64,000 bases of DNA from Octopus vulgaris (taxonomy: Eukaryota). The DNA lies in assembly GCA_951406725.2 (NCBI GenBank), contig OX597815.1:183458001-183522000 (forward strand). The letters run 5' to 3'. Positions 1 through 12,197 of this stretch are shown here, in pieces. Position numbers and translations under genes: made by a program. How positions within the stretch are numbered: the first letter of the stretch is position 1; each line of letters begins with the position of its first letter. The notes under the pieces were generated by a model. It worked only from the letters and a program-made list of their open reading frames with translations. It did no database searches and was not told the DNA's origin.

Positions 1-169
1 AAGACGACCAAAGTTTTTTTTTCCAAGGTCTGGGGTCTCCCGCCCCTAAGCCCTAGACCATCACCTAATCACCCTTATCCGTCTTGTTGCTTAACAACAA
101 CAAAAACAACAGCAGCAGCAACATATTTAAAAAGCGTAAATATGAAACGCAAAAGCATAAACAAGCGAA

Positions 170-480
170 GGACACATCTACGTGGTTCTGCAATGTGCGA
201 ACGTTGCTTTTTGATAATGAATCCAGCAGGCTTGAGCGATCTACTGCTTTTGTTCAAGTTGAGTATGAGTGATAGAAGATAGTCATTGCTGCTCTTTTGG
301 AGACAGAGCTGTCAGAGAAAGGTCAACGAATCGAAATGGATCTTGGCTACAAATACTTTTGTGTTTACAAAACGACAGGTGGAAAACGAGGGAATGGCGT
401 TGACTTTGCGATCAGGAAGAACCCAGTCAAAGACTTTTGTAACTTTTGCCAGCGATTTTGTTATACGCTGGCGATTGAAT
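170..480 (+). mobile_element. RTE-type LINE remnant (AP endonuclease N-terminus)
   Basis: Degenerate translation TWFCNVRTLL...RLERSTAFV...DIVIAALLETEL...NGVDFAIRKN matches the RTE APE pattern. Confidence 0.7.
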
Positions 481-769
481 TCCTGTGGTTTATTCGGAAC
501 AAGGTATTTATTTCATATTTTGGGACCAAGTCAGTAGTTTTGTAGAAGGGATTTAGTCGATTTCATCGAACACAGGGCTCAACCTGTACTTATTTTATCG
601 ACCCCGAAAGAATGAAAGGCAAAGTCAATACCAACAGTATTTGAATTTAGAACGTAAAGTCGGACAAAATGCTGCTGAGCATTTTTTTGCTAACCATTCT
701 GCCAGCTTGCCGCATTGCTCGGAACAAGATATTAAAAAAAGATGAACCTCTTCTCTACTTCTTGTACTC

Positions 770-1540
770 CTTTTGGATTTGCAATAAGGAGACTTAGGTG
801 ACGTTTATGCCTACTCCATGAAAGACATATGTGAGACTAGATATGTAGGCTTTTTGCGAAGATATGGAAGAGCTGTGGGACCCAAACTGTTACAGTATCT
901 GGTCCTGCATATTCATGGTGAAGTTGGGGTCTTTGGCACTTTGCAACGGCGCCTCGTTCTGTAGTTTGTGGGACTTTCAAAGCCAAAGTTTGGTACATTT
1001 CTCCCAGGATTTTTCAGATGTACATCACTGCATAATTTTCCCGCTTTCAATCTAGGGTGTAGCGTCCTAACTTTTTGAGTCTCTCCCAGTAGCTGAACTG
1101 TTCCATTGTGGCGATCTTTGAATAGCTTCACTGAGTTGCTTCGAGTTTCATCGCTAGGTTTACACTGTGTGGTGACCATATTTGGAAGCAGTAGTCTAAA
1201 CGGCTTAAAACATGTTCTCCAGAGGGCCATCATGGTTTCTTGTTCTCTCGTTCTGAAAGTTCTAAGGAGCCGTTCGGTCAGCCACCTGCATTTTATTGTC
1301 AACTTAGTAATATACGCCTGGAAAATGCATGTCAGTGCCCAAATCACGCACTGATGTTGATTCAGGGTTTGCAATCCCTCCTGGGCCAGTGTTATCCCGT
1401 CTGCATTTCCTTGAGCTTCATATGCTGGTAGAGCAAGGCTTGAAATTTTCCAGCATTAAACATGCTGCAGGCGCGCAACCTCCAGCGTTTTAAATCCCCT
1501 GAGATACTTCTGTATCGTCTGCCTAGAAGTACCGTTGGTG
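770..1540 (-). mobile_element. CR1-type LINE remnant (RT C-terminal half)
   Basis: Mutated YADD motif (*ADDTEVSQ near 1500-1525), LLRTFRTREQETMMALW, SYWERLKKLG, VPNFG motifs with frameshifts. Confidence 0.8.
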
Positions 1541-1925
1541 TTTCAACGATTTATTGAAATACCAACTGATCTTACAAATCGGTTTCGCTCTGAGAGTTCA
1601 ACAAAATGTATAATAATGGAACCTGATTATGAAACTCTGCTCTCATCAGAATCGACAGTTATGAAAGAAAGAAAATATGCCGATTGCTCTATGTTATTGG
1701 AGCATGTCATAGAAATTTCTTTATCTTGTCCTTTGATGTTCACAAAAGAATGTGGTTAGGTGTGAAGGTTATTGGCCAATATGTTTTTCTCTGGGAGTTC
1801 GTTGTTCCATAAGCAATTTAATTAATGTGGAAATTTAAACCTTTGTATTTTATGGAGGCAGGGTTTGTTGGCCATCTGTTTATCCATATTTCTTCAATTC
1901 TGCTTCAAATGTGGATCCTTTATAA

Positions 1926-2305
1926 TCTCTTTTTATATAAACGGCAAAATGTCTGTGTGTGTGTGTGTGTATGTGTATGTCCTTTATACAAATCCACAAT
2001 TTTTCAGTTAGAGGGCTCGCACTTTCTATGGTCATTCAAAACCGTCCAAGGGTGGTCGTGCACATCTTTACATTTCCCCAGTCACCCCGCAAAGCCATTA
2101 AAAAATCAATAGAAGTGACTTTTTTGTGAATTTTCTATCCAAAACCCAATCAAAATGCCCGAAACTTGATACGCCAATTGAATGCCAGCTAGCTGTATGT
2201 GATTGGTCGGAGATTTGGACAGTACTCGCGTGTAGGTGCGCACGCACGCAGCTGTATATGCATGCAATAGCACTATGACCCGGCAACGCCGGATTATAGT
2301 GCTAG
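1926..2305 (+). mobile_element. Non-autonomous Helitron-like element
   Basis: A|TC 5' end, internal (TG)n, subterminal hairpin ccggc-aac-gccgg, 3' CTAG|T, no TSD. Confidence 0.7.
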
Positions 2306-2319
2306 TGTATTATATTGAG

Positions 2320-2766
2320 CATATGGGTATATGCGAAAGTGGGGCATTATTAAAACGTGTGTATATACTCTTGTATAAAAATAATAAAAATAAACTTCAA
2401 CTTGAGAAATTGACTTCATTATGTAAAAACGTGAAAAACATTTTTAAAAGGGTTGGGTAAATTTTAGGTAATTCATAAGTGCTTGTTTCGTGTAAAGTTG
2501 TCAGAATGATTTGTATATAAGTTATGGAGATAGTTTATAGAAAAGGTGAGGTATTTTTATCCACTAGAAAAAATATTGACTTAAGTATTTAAAATTTGTT
2601 TTGGTTGCATGAAGAGACTAGTTGTTGGTTGTGCAATATAACAATTTTATGCTATGTTTGTTTATCAATTTGTAGTACTTTTGATCGGGGGGTAAGTGTT
2701 TTTGCAGTATTTTGAAAACTAATTTAGCTATTAAGTTGGAAACTTGTATATTCAAAGGGAATTAAA

Positions 2767-2770
<4 letters not shown>
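2320..2770 (-). mobile_element. Penelope-like element ORF remnant (linker preceding the GIY-YIG endonuclease)
   Basis: With one frameshift: WFNxPLNIQVSNLIAKLVFKILQKHLPPDQKYYKLINKHSIKLLYCTTNN, resembling the PLE WFNPP...KHFP...KIFN...KxSYSC motif. Confidence 0.65.
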
Positions 2771-2828
<58 letters not shown>

Positions 2829-3033
2829 GGATAATATCGATATTATCAAGTGGCCAGCATGGGAAAAATATCATACAAAGGTAATAATTTTTTTACAACT
2901 AAGAATAAGGGTGTCTGAGAGACACCACCATGCCGAAATAGCAGTCAAATCCTGACTCTAAGAACCACGTTAAATGTTCATATCGCACCATGAGATAAGA
3001 CAGAGGGACAAAATAGACTACCAAAAAATATTA

Positions 3034-3105
3034 CTGAATCATTCAAGATCCTGGATTTCTAGCTTTGCTTTAAATAAGCTTTGCCTCATCAGTTGAATAA
3101 ATCAG
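3034..3105 (-). ncRNA. Putative minimal type I hammerhead ribozyme (inverted copy)
   Basis: Reverse complement of the 3544-3615 motif with the same core. Confidence 0.6.
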
Positions 3106-3543
3106 ATAGGCACATAAATACACATAAATATATGCAGAACAAACGTTATACTTACATATACGAACGTCCATGCATACATATATATGCACGTATGTACAAG
3201 GCCAGTTAAATTGCCCGCCAAAATACCCCATAAGCACGATATGGTCAAAATAAACACCGCAGTGAATATAGTGACGAATTATATAAATTTATAAATAAGG
3301 ATAATATCGATATTTAAATATCGATATTATCAAGTGGCCAGCATTGGAAAAATACTATACAAAGGTAATAATTTTTTTACAACTAAAAATAAGGGCGTCT
3401 AAGAGACACCACCATGCCGAAATAGCAGTCAAATCCTGACTCTAAGAACCACTTTAAATGTTCATATCGCACCATGCGATAAGACAGTATAACGTAAGTA
3501 TAACGTTAGTTCTGCATATATTTATGTGCATTTATGTGCCTAT

Positions 3544-3615
3544 CTGATTTATTCAACTGATGAGGCAAAGCTTATTTAAAGCAAAGCTAGAAATCCAGGA
3601 TCTTGAATTATTCAG
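3544..3615 (+). ncRNA. Putative minimal type I hammerhead ribozyme
   Basis: Stem I (attcaa/ttgaat, extendable to ctga/tcag), CTGATGA 3557-3563, stem II, GAAA 3590-3593, short stem III tcc-a-gga, ATC triplet ending at 3602; one extra A before GAAA. Confidence 0.6.
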
Positions 3616-3760
3616 TAATATTTTTTGCTACTCTATTTTGTCCTTCTGTCTTATCTCATGGTGCGATATGAACATTTAACGTGGTTCTTAGAGTCAGGAT
3701 TTGACTGCTATTTCGGCATGGTGGTGTCAGCATGGTGGTGTCTCTCAGACACCTTGTTTT

Positions 3761-3825
<65 letters not shown>

Positions 3826-4189
3826 ACACATGTATGTGCTTGAAAGCTTATCAGTTTTTCATGTGACGTTTGTCTCTGTATTTGATCCAACTTATATGCA
3901 GGAACTTCCAGAATACAGTTCGTAGTGTGACGGTGTGAGTTCAAATTCTGTCGATTTGACTTCATCTTTCTGCTTGTCAGGGTCGATAAAATATGTCGAA
4001 GGAGAGAATTTTAGTCGATTAAATCGACTGTAAAACACATGACCTTGTTAAGTATTAGAAATCAATATTAAAACAAATGTATTTGAGTTATACTTAGACC
4101 ATTGGAATTTAGCTATATGCCTTTACATTCTAAGTTAGTTTCCTACTGAGGTAAACTTTGTCCCTCAGCCTTCTAGAGTTAATTTATAC

Positions 4190-4364
4190 ATAGGCGTAGG
4201 AGTGGCTGTGTGGTAAATAGCTTGCTTACCAACCACATGGTTCCAGGTTCAGTCCCGCTGCGTGGCACTTTGGGCAAGTATCTTCTACTATAGCCTCGGG
4301 CCGACCAAGGCCTTGTGAGTGGATTTGGTAGACGGAAACTGAAAGAAGCCTGTCGTATATATGT

Positions 4365-4428
<64 letters not shown>

Positions 4429-5073
4429 ATGTGTGTGTGTATATATATATGTTTGTGTGTCTGTGTTTGTCCCCCCAACATCACTTGACAACCGATGCTG
4501 GTGTGTTTACGTCCCCGTAACTTAGCGGTTCGGCAAAAGAGTCCGATAGAATAAGTACTAGGCTTACAAAAGAATAAGTCCCGGGGTCGAGTTGCTCGAT
4601 TAAAGGCGGTGCTCCAGTTTTAACATACAGTGCGACCAAGTCATAGAGGTGAGAGGACCAGATATTGTGCTCATCCATAAAGATGAAAAAGAAGTAAAGA
4701 TGATAGATGTTGCAATACCAGGTGATTCGAGGGTGAAATGTAAGGAAACAGAAAAGATTGAGAAATACCAGCCAGATTGAGAAATACCACGGATATGGTA
4801 GACGGAAACTGAAAGAAGCCCGCCGTATATATGTATATATGTACATGTATGTGTGTGCATATTTTTGTGTGTCGGTGTTTGTCCCCCCAACATTGCTTGA
4901 CAACCGATGCTGGTGTGTTTACCTCCCCGTAACTTAGCGTTTCGGCAAAAAGTTACTGATAGAATAAGTACCAGGCTTACAAATAATAAGTCCTGGGGTC
5001 GGTTTGCTCGATTAAAGGCGGTGCTCCAGCATGGCCACAGTCAAATGACTGAAACAAGTAGAGAGAGTAAAGA
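4190..5073 (+). mobile_element. Octopus-type tRNA-derived SINE family A (head ggagtggctgtgtggtaag..., internal (TA)n(TG)n), two partial copies around an R4 fragment
   Basis: A/B-box-like head (tggctgtgtgg / ggttcagtccc), tail actgaaacaagtaaaaga; at least 15 related copies in the window. Confidence 0.85.
4618..4790 (+). mobile_element. R4/Dong-type LINE restriction-like endonuclease fragment
   Basis: FNIQCDQVIEVRGPDIVLIHKDEKEVKMIDVAIPGDSRVKCKETEKIEKYQ (PD..D..K..KY RLE pattern). Confidence 0.8.
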
Positions 5074-5526
5074 GTATCTCTTTCTCAATGTGTAATCTGC
5101 CTCAATATCATAAACCATTGCTAATGGAAGTGTATTGGCAGAATCTATGATGTGGTCGATAAAACGCCTGATATTTGTCATTTTACATTCCGAGTTCTAA
5201 TTCCTCCACGATGAACTTTTCATTCCAGCGATAACAAAAGGCTCAGCAATGTACTAACTCGCTATAATCAACTGTTTACACACCAGAGATGTTTGTTTTT
5301 GCCAGTTAAAGAAAGAAAAAATCAATATTAACAAACGTTTAAATTCTGAGTGTTGAGTGATTTCTATAGCCAGAGCGATTTTATGGCTTGAGACAGCTGG
5401 TTTTGTTGTTCAAAAACAACATTACCGACAGAAATGAAGGAGATTAACTGAATAGCAGTAATTATCTACCCACCAAAAATAAAAAGGAAAATTCAACTGA
5501 GGGCAGTATCTGAGTAAATATATCCT

Positions 5527-5735
5527 TTTCTACTCTAGGCACAAGACCCGAACTTTTGGAGGAAGGAGTCAATCGATTAGACGAATCCAGTACACAACTG
5601 GTACTTATTTTATCGACCCCCGAAAGGATGAAAGTCAAAGCCGACCTCGGCAGAATTTGAACTCAGAACGTAGCGGCAGACGAAATGCCGCTAAGCATTT
5701 CGCCCGGCGTGCTTTTCGTCTGCCTGCTCGCTGCC

Positions 5736-5738
<3 letters not shown>
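5527..5738 (-). mobile_element. SINE family B (MetaSINE-like, tRNA-derived head ggcggcgagctggcagaa)
   Basis: gagttcaaattc B-box and gcctttcatcct...ggtcgat...aagtaccag central domain; many copies in the window. Confidence 0.8.
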
Positions 5739-5784
<46 letters not shown>

Positions 5785-5807
5785 TAATAATGATAATAAT
5801 AATAATA
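5738..5807. repeat. (AAT)n microsatellite
   Basis: Direct reading. Confidence 0.95.
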
Positions 5808-6213
5808 GACCTTAACCAGTTGAGCATATCTCTTAGTGGCTGACGATATGTGCATCTCTGATCACGAGCAGAAGTAGTGGGGGAGCATCATAGCCATGTG
5901 TTGAGAGGGATTCTTTGGGGTTTGAATAATTCAGCTCTGGAAACATGGGTGGTTCTTTCAACATCCTTAAACAACCCTTATTCAGGGACCTTTTGAGCGG
6001 GATGGGCTACTCAACCTGAAGAAAATTCTAACTGGGCCTCACCTGCAAGGTCATGCGCTGTTTATCTTGATATGAGATCACCATGTCGCGCACATATGGT
6101 TGTGATGCTTGTGCCTGGTGTACCCTTATCAGACGGGTAGTCATGATGGGTATATTGGGCTTCGTATATTTTACCCCAGTGTCACTTTGATGGCATGAAC
6201 TGCTCTCTCACTC
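5808..6213. mobile_element. Unclassified ~400-bp repeat bracketed by (AAT)n tracts (possible R4/Dong-related sequence)
   Basis: GC-richer non-coding block flanked by AAT repeats; Dong elements target (TAA)n. Confidence 0.4.
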
Positions 6214-6236
6214 AATAATAATAATAATAATAATGG

Positions 6237-8360
6237 TTTCTTTATTAACCCCTAAGAGTTTACAAACAGAGGATGTTAAAGAACGATACGGTGCAGTAAA
6301 ACCAAGGTTTATATGGAGGCTTGTAAACAGTGAAAAATAACGAAAGCTAAGGAAATGCTGGCGATGTATCAGCTTCGCTGCAAGTGTCCGCACAATCAGT
6401 CGCAGCATGCGCAGCTATCCACTCAACGTTGTTCACGACAAATGGAGTGTCTGATCAGTAGATTAAATCCCTTCCACAAAAAGTGGAAGAGCAGGCGTTC
6501 CATCCAGTGAGACATGAAATGGGGGAAAGGACGAAAGTCTGGCGCTAATATGTGAAGCTGGTGAGGAAAGCATTTGCCACCTCATCCCGACCTTTCAGAA
6601 ATAGCATCTTTGCGGCCCATTTCTGGGTGAGCTGCCATTTCCAGCCATCCTGTTCGTCACTCTGTCCCAGTTGTTCTCCACTTGAAAATCTGCACCAAAC
6701 TAGACACGAGTAATTTAATAGTCCGGCGTTCCACGTCGTTCTTGGATGGCATGGGCCTGTTTCTCTAGGTATCGAGTTGTAGGCCCTCTGACTTTTTGGC
6801 CGATTTTTGCTCTTGTCACTGCTTCGTAGTCCCTTAAATCGGAGCCAATCACCTCAATGTCCCTCACGTCTGACACCAAAGCGGTGATTTTCGTGAATGC
6901 CAATACGAATTGGCGTCCTACTTCGCACGGGATGTTCCTCAACGTCTACAGTTTCCGCAGCAAAGACTCAAGAATCAGTACCTACAAAAGAGATAAGAGG
7001 GGACGACCTAGATGGACCGAGTGTATGACACTGAATGCTTTCGACAGGTGACCATTCGACCGAATCACCAAGTAGATGTCGCTGTAAATTGCGGCAGAAC
7101 ATCGGTGGAAGACAGGACTGAAATCGGCCGCCATGAGAACAGCCACCAGATAATGGTGGTCGACCCAATCAAAATCTTTGAATTAATTTAAGATGATCAG
7201 ATACCCACCCATGCCAAGTTTTTTTACCTAACTTTTTTATGATGTACTGGATGAGGTGGAGTTTGTCACGGAGAGATGTGCTTGGGATGATACATGTTTG
7301 CCAACCTCTTTACAAAGATCCTGGCCAAAATTTTGAAGTCTGTGTTCTGCAAATAATGGGTCGAAAGTTACTAATGTGATCTTTCTTGTTTGAGTCCTTT
7401 CTTCGGAAAGCTACTGTTCGCCGATTTACAGAACTGGGAACTCTCCCATTCTGCTGTCAGTTGCAGTAGATAACAGCAAGAAATTTCCAAACTAGTATGG
7501 GATATAGGAGTAAATTTCGTGAGGCAGACCTTTCAAACCAGGTGATTTGATACCCTCATCCCATGCAGTCAACCATCGCTTCCCGTATTTCCGTCGCTGT
7601 CATCGGCTTTACGCAACACTCCGCTTCTCGTACTGATGGTCGCGGTAGGCCGTCGGGCAGGCATTGAAATCTATCCTGCGTTTCAGCCTGCCATTCGTGT
7701 CCCAGCCGTCGAGTGAAGTGTTGCTGAAAAGCTGCACATATCTCCTTTGGGTCTAGGAACACGTGTTCATTGCGGCCCACTAAAGGCTGAATTATTCTAT
7801 TTCCACATTGCACCACCGCTACTCGGGTCCATCGGACAGCTTTCATACCCTCGTGTTTTAGAGCACGCGCCTTAGCTCGGGCCTTAGCCTTCATGCTTTA
7901 TGTTAAAGAATTAGTCCAAAGTAGTCTCGTTTCGAATACGTCGGCTGCGATGTCTTGCCTACGCGCCTCTTCTAAGTTTCTAAGAGATTTTCTCCCTCTT
8001 CTGTTTTTCTCTATCACCACAACTTTACTAAACCCAATTAACCCTACTTTAATCGACCTGAAAAATTGTTTGTTGATGATTGTTCTTGTCAATGTTCGTT
8101 TAATTCGCTAATCCTATGTGTAAGCTTGAGAACGGCGCGGTTTAGCTTCTAGTAACCGAGTTCTTGTTCACGAAGCCTGTCCAGCACAACCGTCTGCGTA
8201 GCCGACGATTTTAAAATGAGGACAATTTATGCTCTCCTTATCTACTAATCTACAGAAGACTCTAGATACGACCTGAATGACCTGAGGTGGTTTGTCTATG
8301 GACACACTGTCACATTCGAGAAATATACTTGTTACTAGCACGTTTCCCCCACCCACTTTT
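6237..8360 (-). mobile_element. Tx1/L1-like LINE remnant
   Basis: ARALKHEG...EICAAFQQHF...PMTATEIREAM, SPG..GLP.EFY, NFRPI..NTDFKILARIFVKRLA motifs; 3' end with AATAAA near 6241-6246. Confidence 0.75.
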
Positions 8361-8871
8361 TCGGATTATCGAAAATTTTGCAGCAGTTTTAAAACAAAAT
8401 AAGGTAAAATAATTTTCTTTTTCAAAATGTCACAAATAGTAATCGAAAATTTTGTCAAGTAGCGAAGCTTTTATATGATCGATGAATCTGCTAGAAATAG
8501 CAACCAAACTGCCTTCATATCACAACCTACCTACCTACCATCATAGTTCAAGGTACAAAATTCCTGAAAAAATGTAGGATGGCCATATCTGAAATACCTT
8601 TCATTGCAGACCTACTTAATGAAGTCTGACAAAGTTTAATAATCACACGATTTCTACGTCCTTTTTCTTTGTATCGGAATACTTTATGGATCCTGATTTG
8701 GGAGTATGGGCACCATAAGCCTTCATATTGTGCAATCTCATTTTATAGTGCGATTGAATCAGAACTAAAATTTGACAACAGAAATCAATAAAAAGAACAA
8801 AACGGAAACGTAAGTGACGAAATGTTGCTGACTACACCCTACCAGAAGAAGAGGGAATATTTACTTCAAAT

Positions 8872-9292
8872 ACTCTCTTTTACTCTTTTACTTGTTTCAG
8901 ACATTTGACTGGAGCCATGCTGGAGCACCGCCTTTTAGTCGAGCAAATCGACCCCAGGACTTATTCTTTGTAAGCCTAGTATTTATTCTATCAGCCTCTT
9001 TCGCTGAACCGCTAAGTTACGGGGAGGTAAACTCACCAGCATCGGTTGTCAAGCGATGTTGGGGGGGGACAAACACAGATGCACAAACATATACACACAC
9101 ACACACATATGTATATATATATATGTACATATATACGACGGGCTTCTTTCAGTTTCCGTCTACCAAATCCACTCACAAGGCTTTGGTCGGTCCAAGGCTA
9201 TAGTAGAAGACACTTGCCCAAGGTGCCACGCAGTGGGACCGAACCCGGAACCATGTGGTTGGTAAGCAAGCTCCTTACCACACAGCCACTCC
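8872..9292 (-). mobile_element. SINE family A
   Basis: Full-length reverse-complement copy. Confidence 0.9.
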
Positions 9293-9842
9293 AAAAAATG
9301 TCATTATCCTTCAGTTTATGTCCCTGCATTCTCTTTGTCAGTTTGACCCCCGGCGTCACCCCTGCTGACAAGCCTCCACCAGTTTGGGCACATTTTTTTC
9401 AAAATCTTCAACTCTTGCATTTAGCGGATTCATGGCCTGAAATTGTCAGTGACATTTCCATTGCTCACGTTATTCTGTACCGGTGCCTCCTCCCTGGTTC
9501 ATAGAACTGGAAATGCTTCCAGTCTGCACATTGTCACGATAAATATCTACCAGGACAATATTGACCAATTCTGACTTTTAAGTATAAATAAAGTTCACAG
9601 GGTAATCCATGAAATTCCGACAGTTTGTTGTTCGTACAACCGTTCAATGTTGTCTGAGAAGTTTGGCTATCGGCTTTTTGCTGCACTTCATCACTCTTGA
9701 TGAGAGCCTGGTCAAGACATCGTTGTATGTAGTTATTGAAACCCAACGCTTCCAGTCCACCTCTACCTCAAACATCCAGGAAAACTGCAAACTAGGATCA
9801 GAACTCACGAAGCAAGGTGTTAGAAAATGTTCCAGGGAATGG

Positions 9843-10285
9843 CTAGCACGGGTTGGACGGTTCGACCGGGGTCTGGAAAGCCAGGAGGCTGCACCGGGCT
9901 CTAGTCTGATCTGGCAGTGTTTCTACAGCTGGATGCCCTTCCTCACGCCAACCACTCCATGAGTGTAGTGGGTGCTTTTTACGTGCCACCGACACAGGTG
10001 CCAGGGGAGGCTGGCAGCGGCCACGATCGGTTGGTGTTTTTACGTGCCACCGGCACAGAAGTCAGTCAAGGCGGTGCTGGCATCGGTTACGTTTGGATGG
10101 TGCTTTTTACGTGCCACCGGCACAGGTATCACAACTACAATTTCCATTTGATATTTATTTTGATGTACTTGACTCAATAGGTCTCCTCAAGCACAGCAGG
10201 TCATGTGCCACTGGCACAGAAGCCAGTCAAGGCGATGCTGGCATCATCCACGTTTGGGTGGTGCTTTTTACGTGCCGCCGGCATA
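9843..10285 (-). mobile_element. Repeat family D (SINE-like with internal tandem gtgctttttacgtgccaccggcac units)
   Basis: Shared with 44963-45335, 53098-53480, 54935-55190, 58381-59095; tail ...ggacgttaaacgatgatgat. Confidence 0.75.
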
Positions 10286-11128
10286 TTGAATTTAGGTTAA
10301 TTAACTCTTGTGATTCTCTCACATCTACATTTCAGGAAATTCATTTGATAGCTGCAACTCGATCTCCCCTCAAACATTCCTTTCCAAGTGCTTGATGCAT
10401 GCATGCCTAAGTGGTTTAGAAGTTTGGTTTGTAGTCATGAGGTACCAGTTTCGATTTCACTGCCTGACATTTTTGGCAAGTGTCTTTTTCATAGCCACAT
10501 ATCAAGCCTTATAAGTAAAATTGAGCTGAAGTAAACTGTCGAAGTCTATCCGATGGACTGTGTCTATAATTGAAAAACCCAGCTTTGGATTCTGTTAGCC
10601 TAATCTGTAAGTCATCTGATAAAAACCATCCATTTCTGGACAACTATGGTCAAAAGAAATCAAACGGTTAATTCTACCACCTTACACTCAAAGAGTTGGT
10701 TGAGAAGACGGTGAAATAACAAACTAAAGTATCAAATGTCTATTTTATTCATCTCTATATTTCTGAAATGAGGAATTTTAAATTGTATATTAATCGGAGT
10801 GGTGCCCTCAATTGCTGCGGTCACTGCATTTCGACTGTTGTACACTTCACCCTTGGTTCAGGTGTCTTGTGGTTCATCTTAGTGCCTAATACTGAAACTG
10901 AACTCAGAACGTCTAGGTGACTGTACCGCATTTCAGCACCTTTATCTACTATACTCTGCTAGTAGGCAGTGTCATAATGAATTTTGAAGGCTTATAAACG
11001 TTATTCTGGCTCCGTACCGATTGCGTAATACAATCCTATATTCCTGAGACGAGTAAGTTATGTAACGTCTAGTTCTTCATCGATTATTTCTAATTGTCCA
11101 GTAATTGATGGTTATTCCTACAATACTT

Positions 11129-11509
11129 GGAAGCACTCCGTCGGTTACGACGACGAGTGTTCCGGTTGATCCGAATCAACGGAACAGCCTGCTCGTGAAA
11201 TTAACGTGCAAGTGGCTGAGCACTCCACAGACACGTGTACCCTTAACGTAGTTCTCGGGGATATTCAGCGTGACACAGAGAGTGACAAGGCCGGCCCTTT
11301 GAAATACAGGTACAACAGAAACAGGAAGTAAGAGTGAGAGAAAGTTGTGGTGAAAGAGTACAGCAGGGATCACCACCATCCCCTGCCGGAGCCTCATGGA
11401 GCTTTAGGTGTTTTCGCTCAATAAACACTCACAACGCCCGGTCTGGGAATCGAAACCGCGATCCTACGACCGTGAGTCCGCTGCCCTAACCACTGGGCCA
11501 TTGCGCCTC
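11129..11509 (-). mobile_element. SINE family C (tRNA-derived head gaggcgcaatggcccagtggttagggc), young copy
   Basis: 16-bp TSD tattcctacaatactt (11113-11128 / 11510-11525); near-identical to 53746-54129. Confidence 0.92.
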
Positions 11510-11959
11510 TATTCCTACAATACTTAATGAATGTAGAAATGATGTCATAACTGTATGACTTCCCAAGTTATTACCAATCAAAGAGAAGATAAATCGCTAC
11601 AATAGAAAACCTCGAAATTCTGTTTCCCCTGGCTCATTCTACTTCGCTTCTTGTTCACTTATTTACTTTACACCATTAACACACCTACCAGTTGCCGGAT
11701 TGAATAACTAAGACTTGAATCTATTATTTCTGGTATGCGCAACAAAAAACTGTACATGCCAAAAAAGTATTGTAAGAAATATAAATATGTACAAAATGTA
11801 TAAAAAAAAATCTTTGCTTTGAACAATAAAACATGACTTCTATTGATTTGTAGGATGGTTTATTCACTTAAGAATGGAATTTGCAGTTGTATTGATTAAC
11901 CTATCTAAACAAAGCTGTTGTACTTAAAGAAAAAAAAAAACAAAACTTTTCTCATTTAA

Positions 11960-12166
11960 TCCTTTCGTTACCGCATTTATTTTGAGATCAATTAATTTTA
12001 AATATAACAAAAAATTTAATAAAATAATTTAGTTATCATTAAGCTAGTGTTAGGAACATAAATTGTGACTAAGGTTTGGTAGAAGAGTTTAATTCAGAAC
12101 TTACGAAAACAAGACATTTGTAGTACAGAGCCAAAGGTGGTTTCAGACAGGTTGGTATCAAAAGGG
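11960..12166. mobile_element. piggyBac-like MITE
   Basis: TTAA TSDs at 11956-11959 and 12167-12170; TIR (c)cctttcgttacc / ggtatcaaaaggg. Confidence 0.8.
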
Positions 12167-12197
12167 TTAAGAATTGTTTCTCTATTATATATTTTAA

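Larger units (their letters stand above)
2822..3765. mobile_element. Penelope-like pseudo-LTR composite (direct plus inverted copies) between two (TA)n tracts
   Basis: 2822-3003 is repeated directly at about 3291-3487; about 2920-3152 is repeated inverted at about 3497-3750; flanked by (TA)n 2769-2822 and 3765-3821. Confidence 0.75.

Noticed and set aside
4179-4903. Recurrent ORFs such as [31 protein letters not shown]
   Set aside because: Translations of SINE family A, repeated throughout the window
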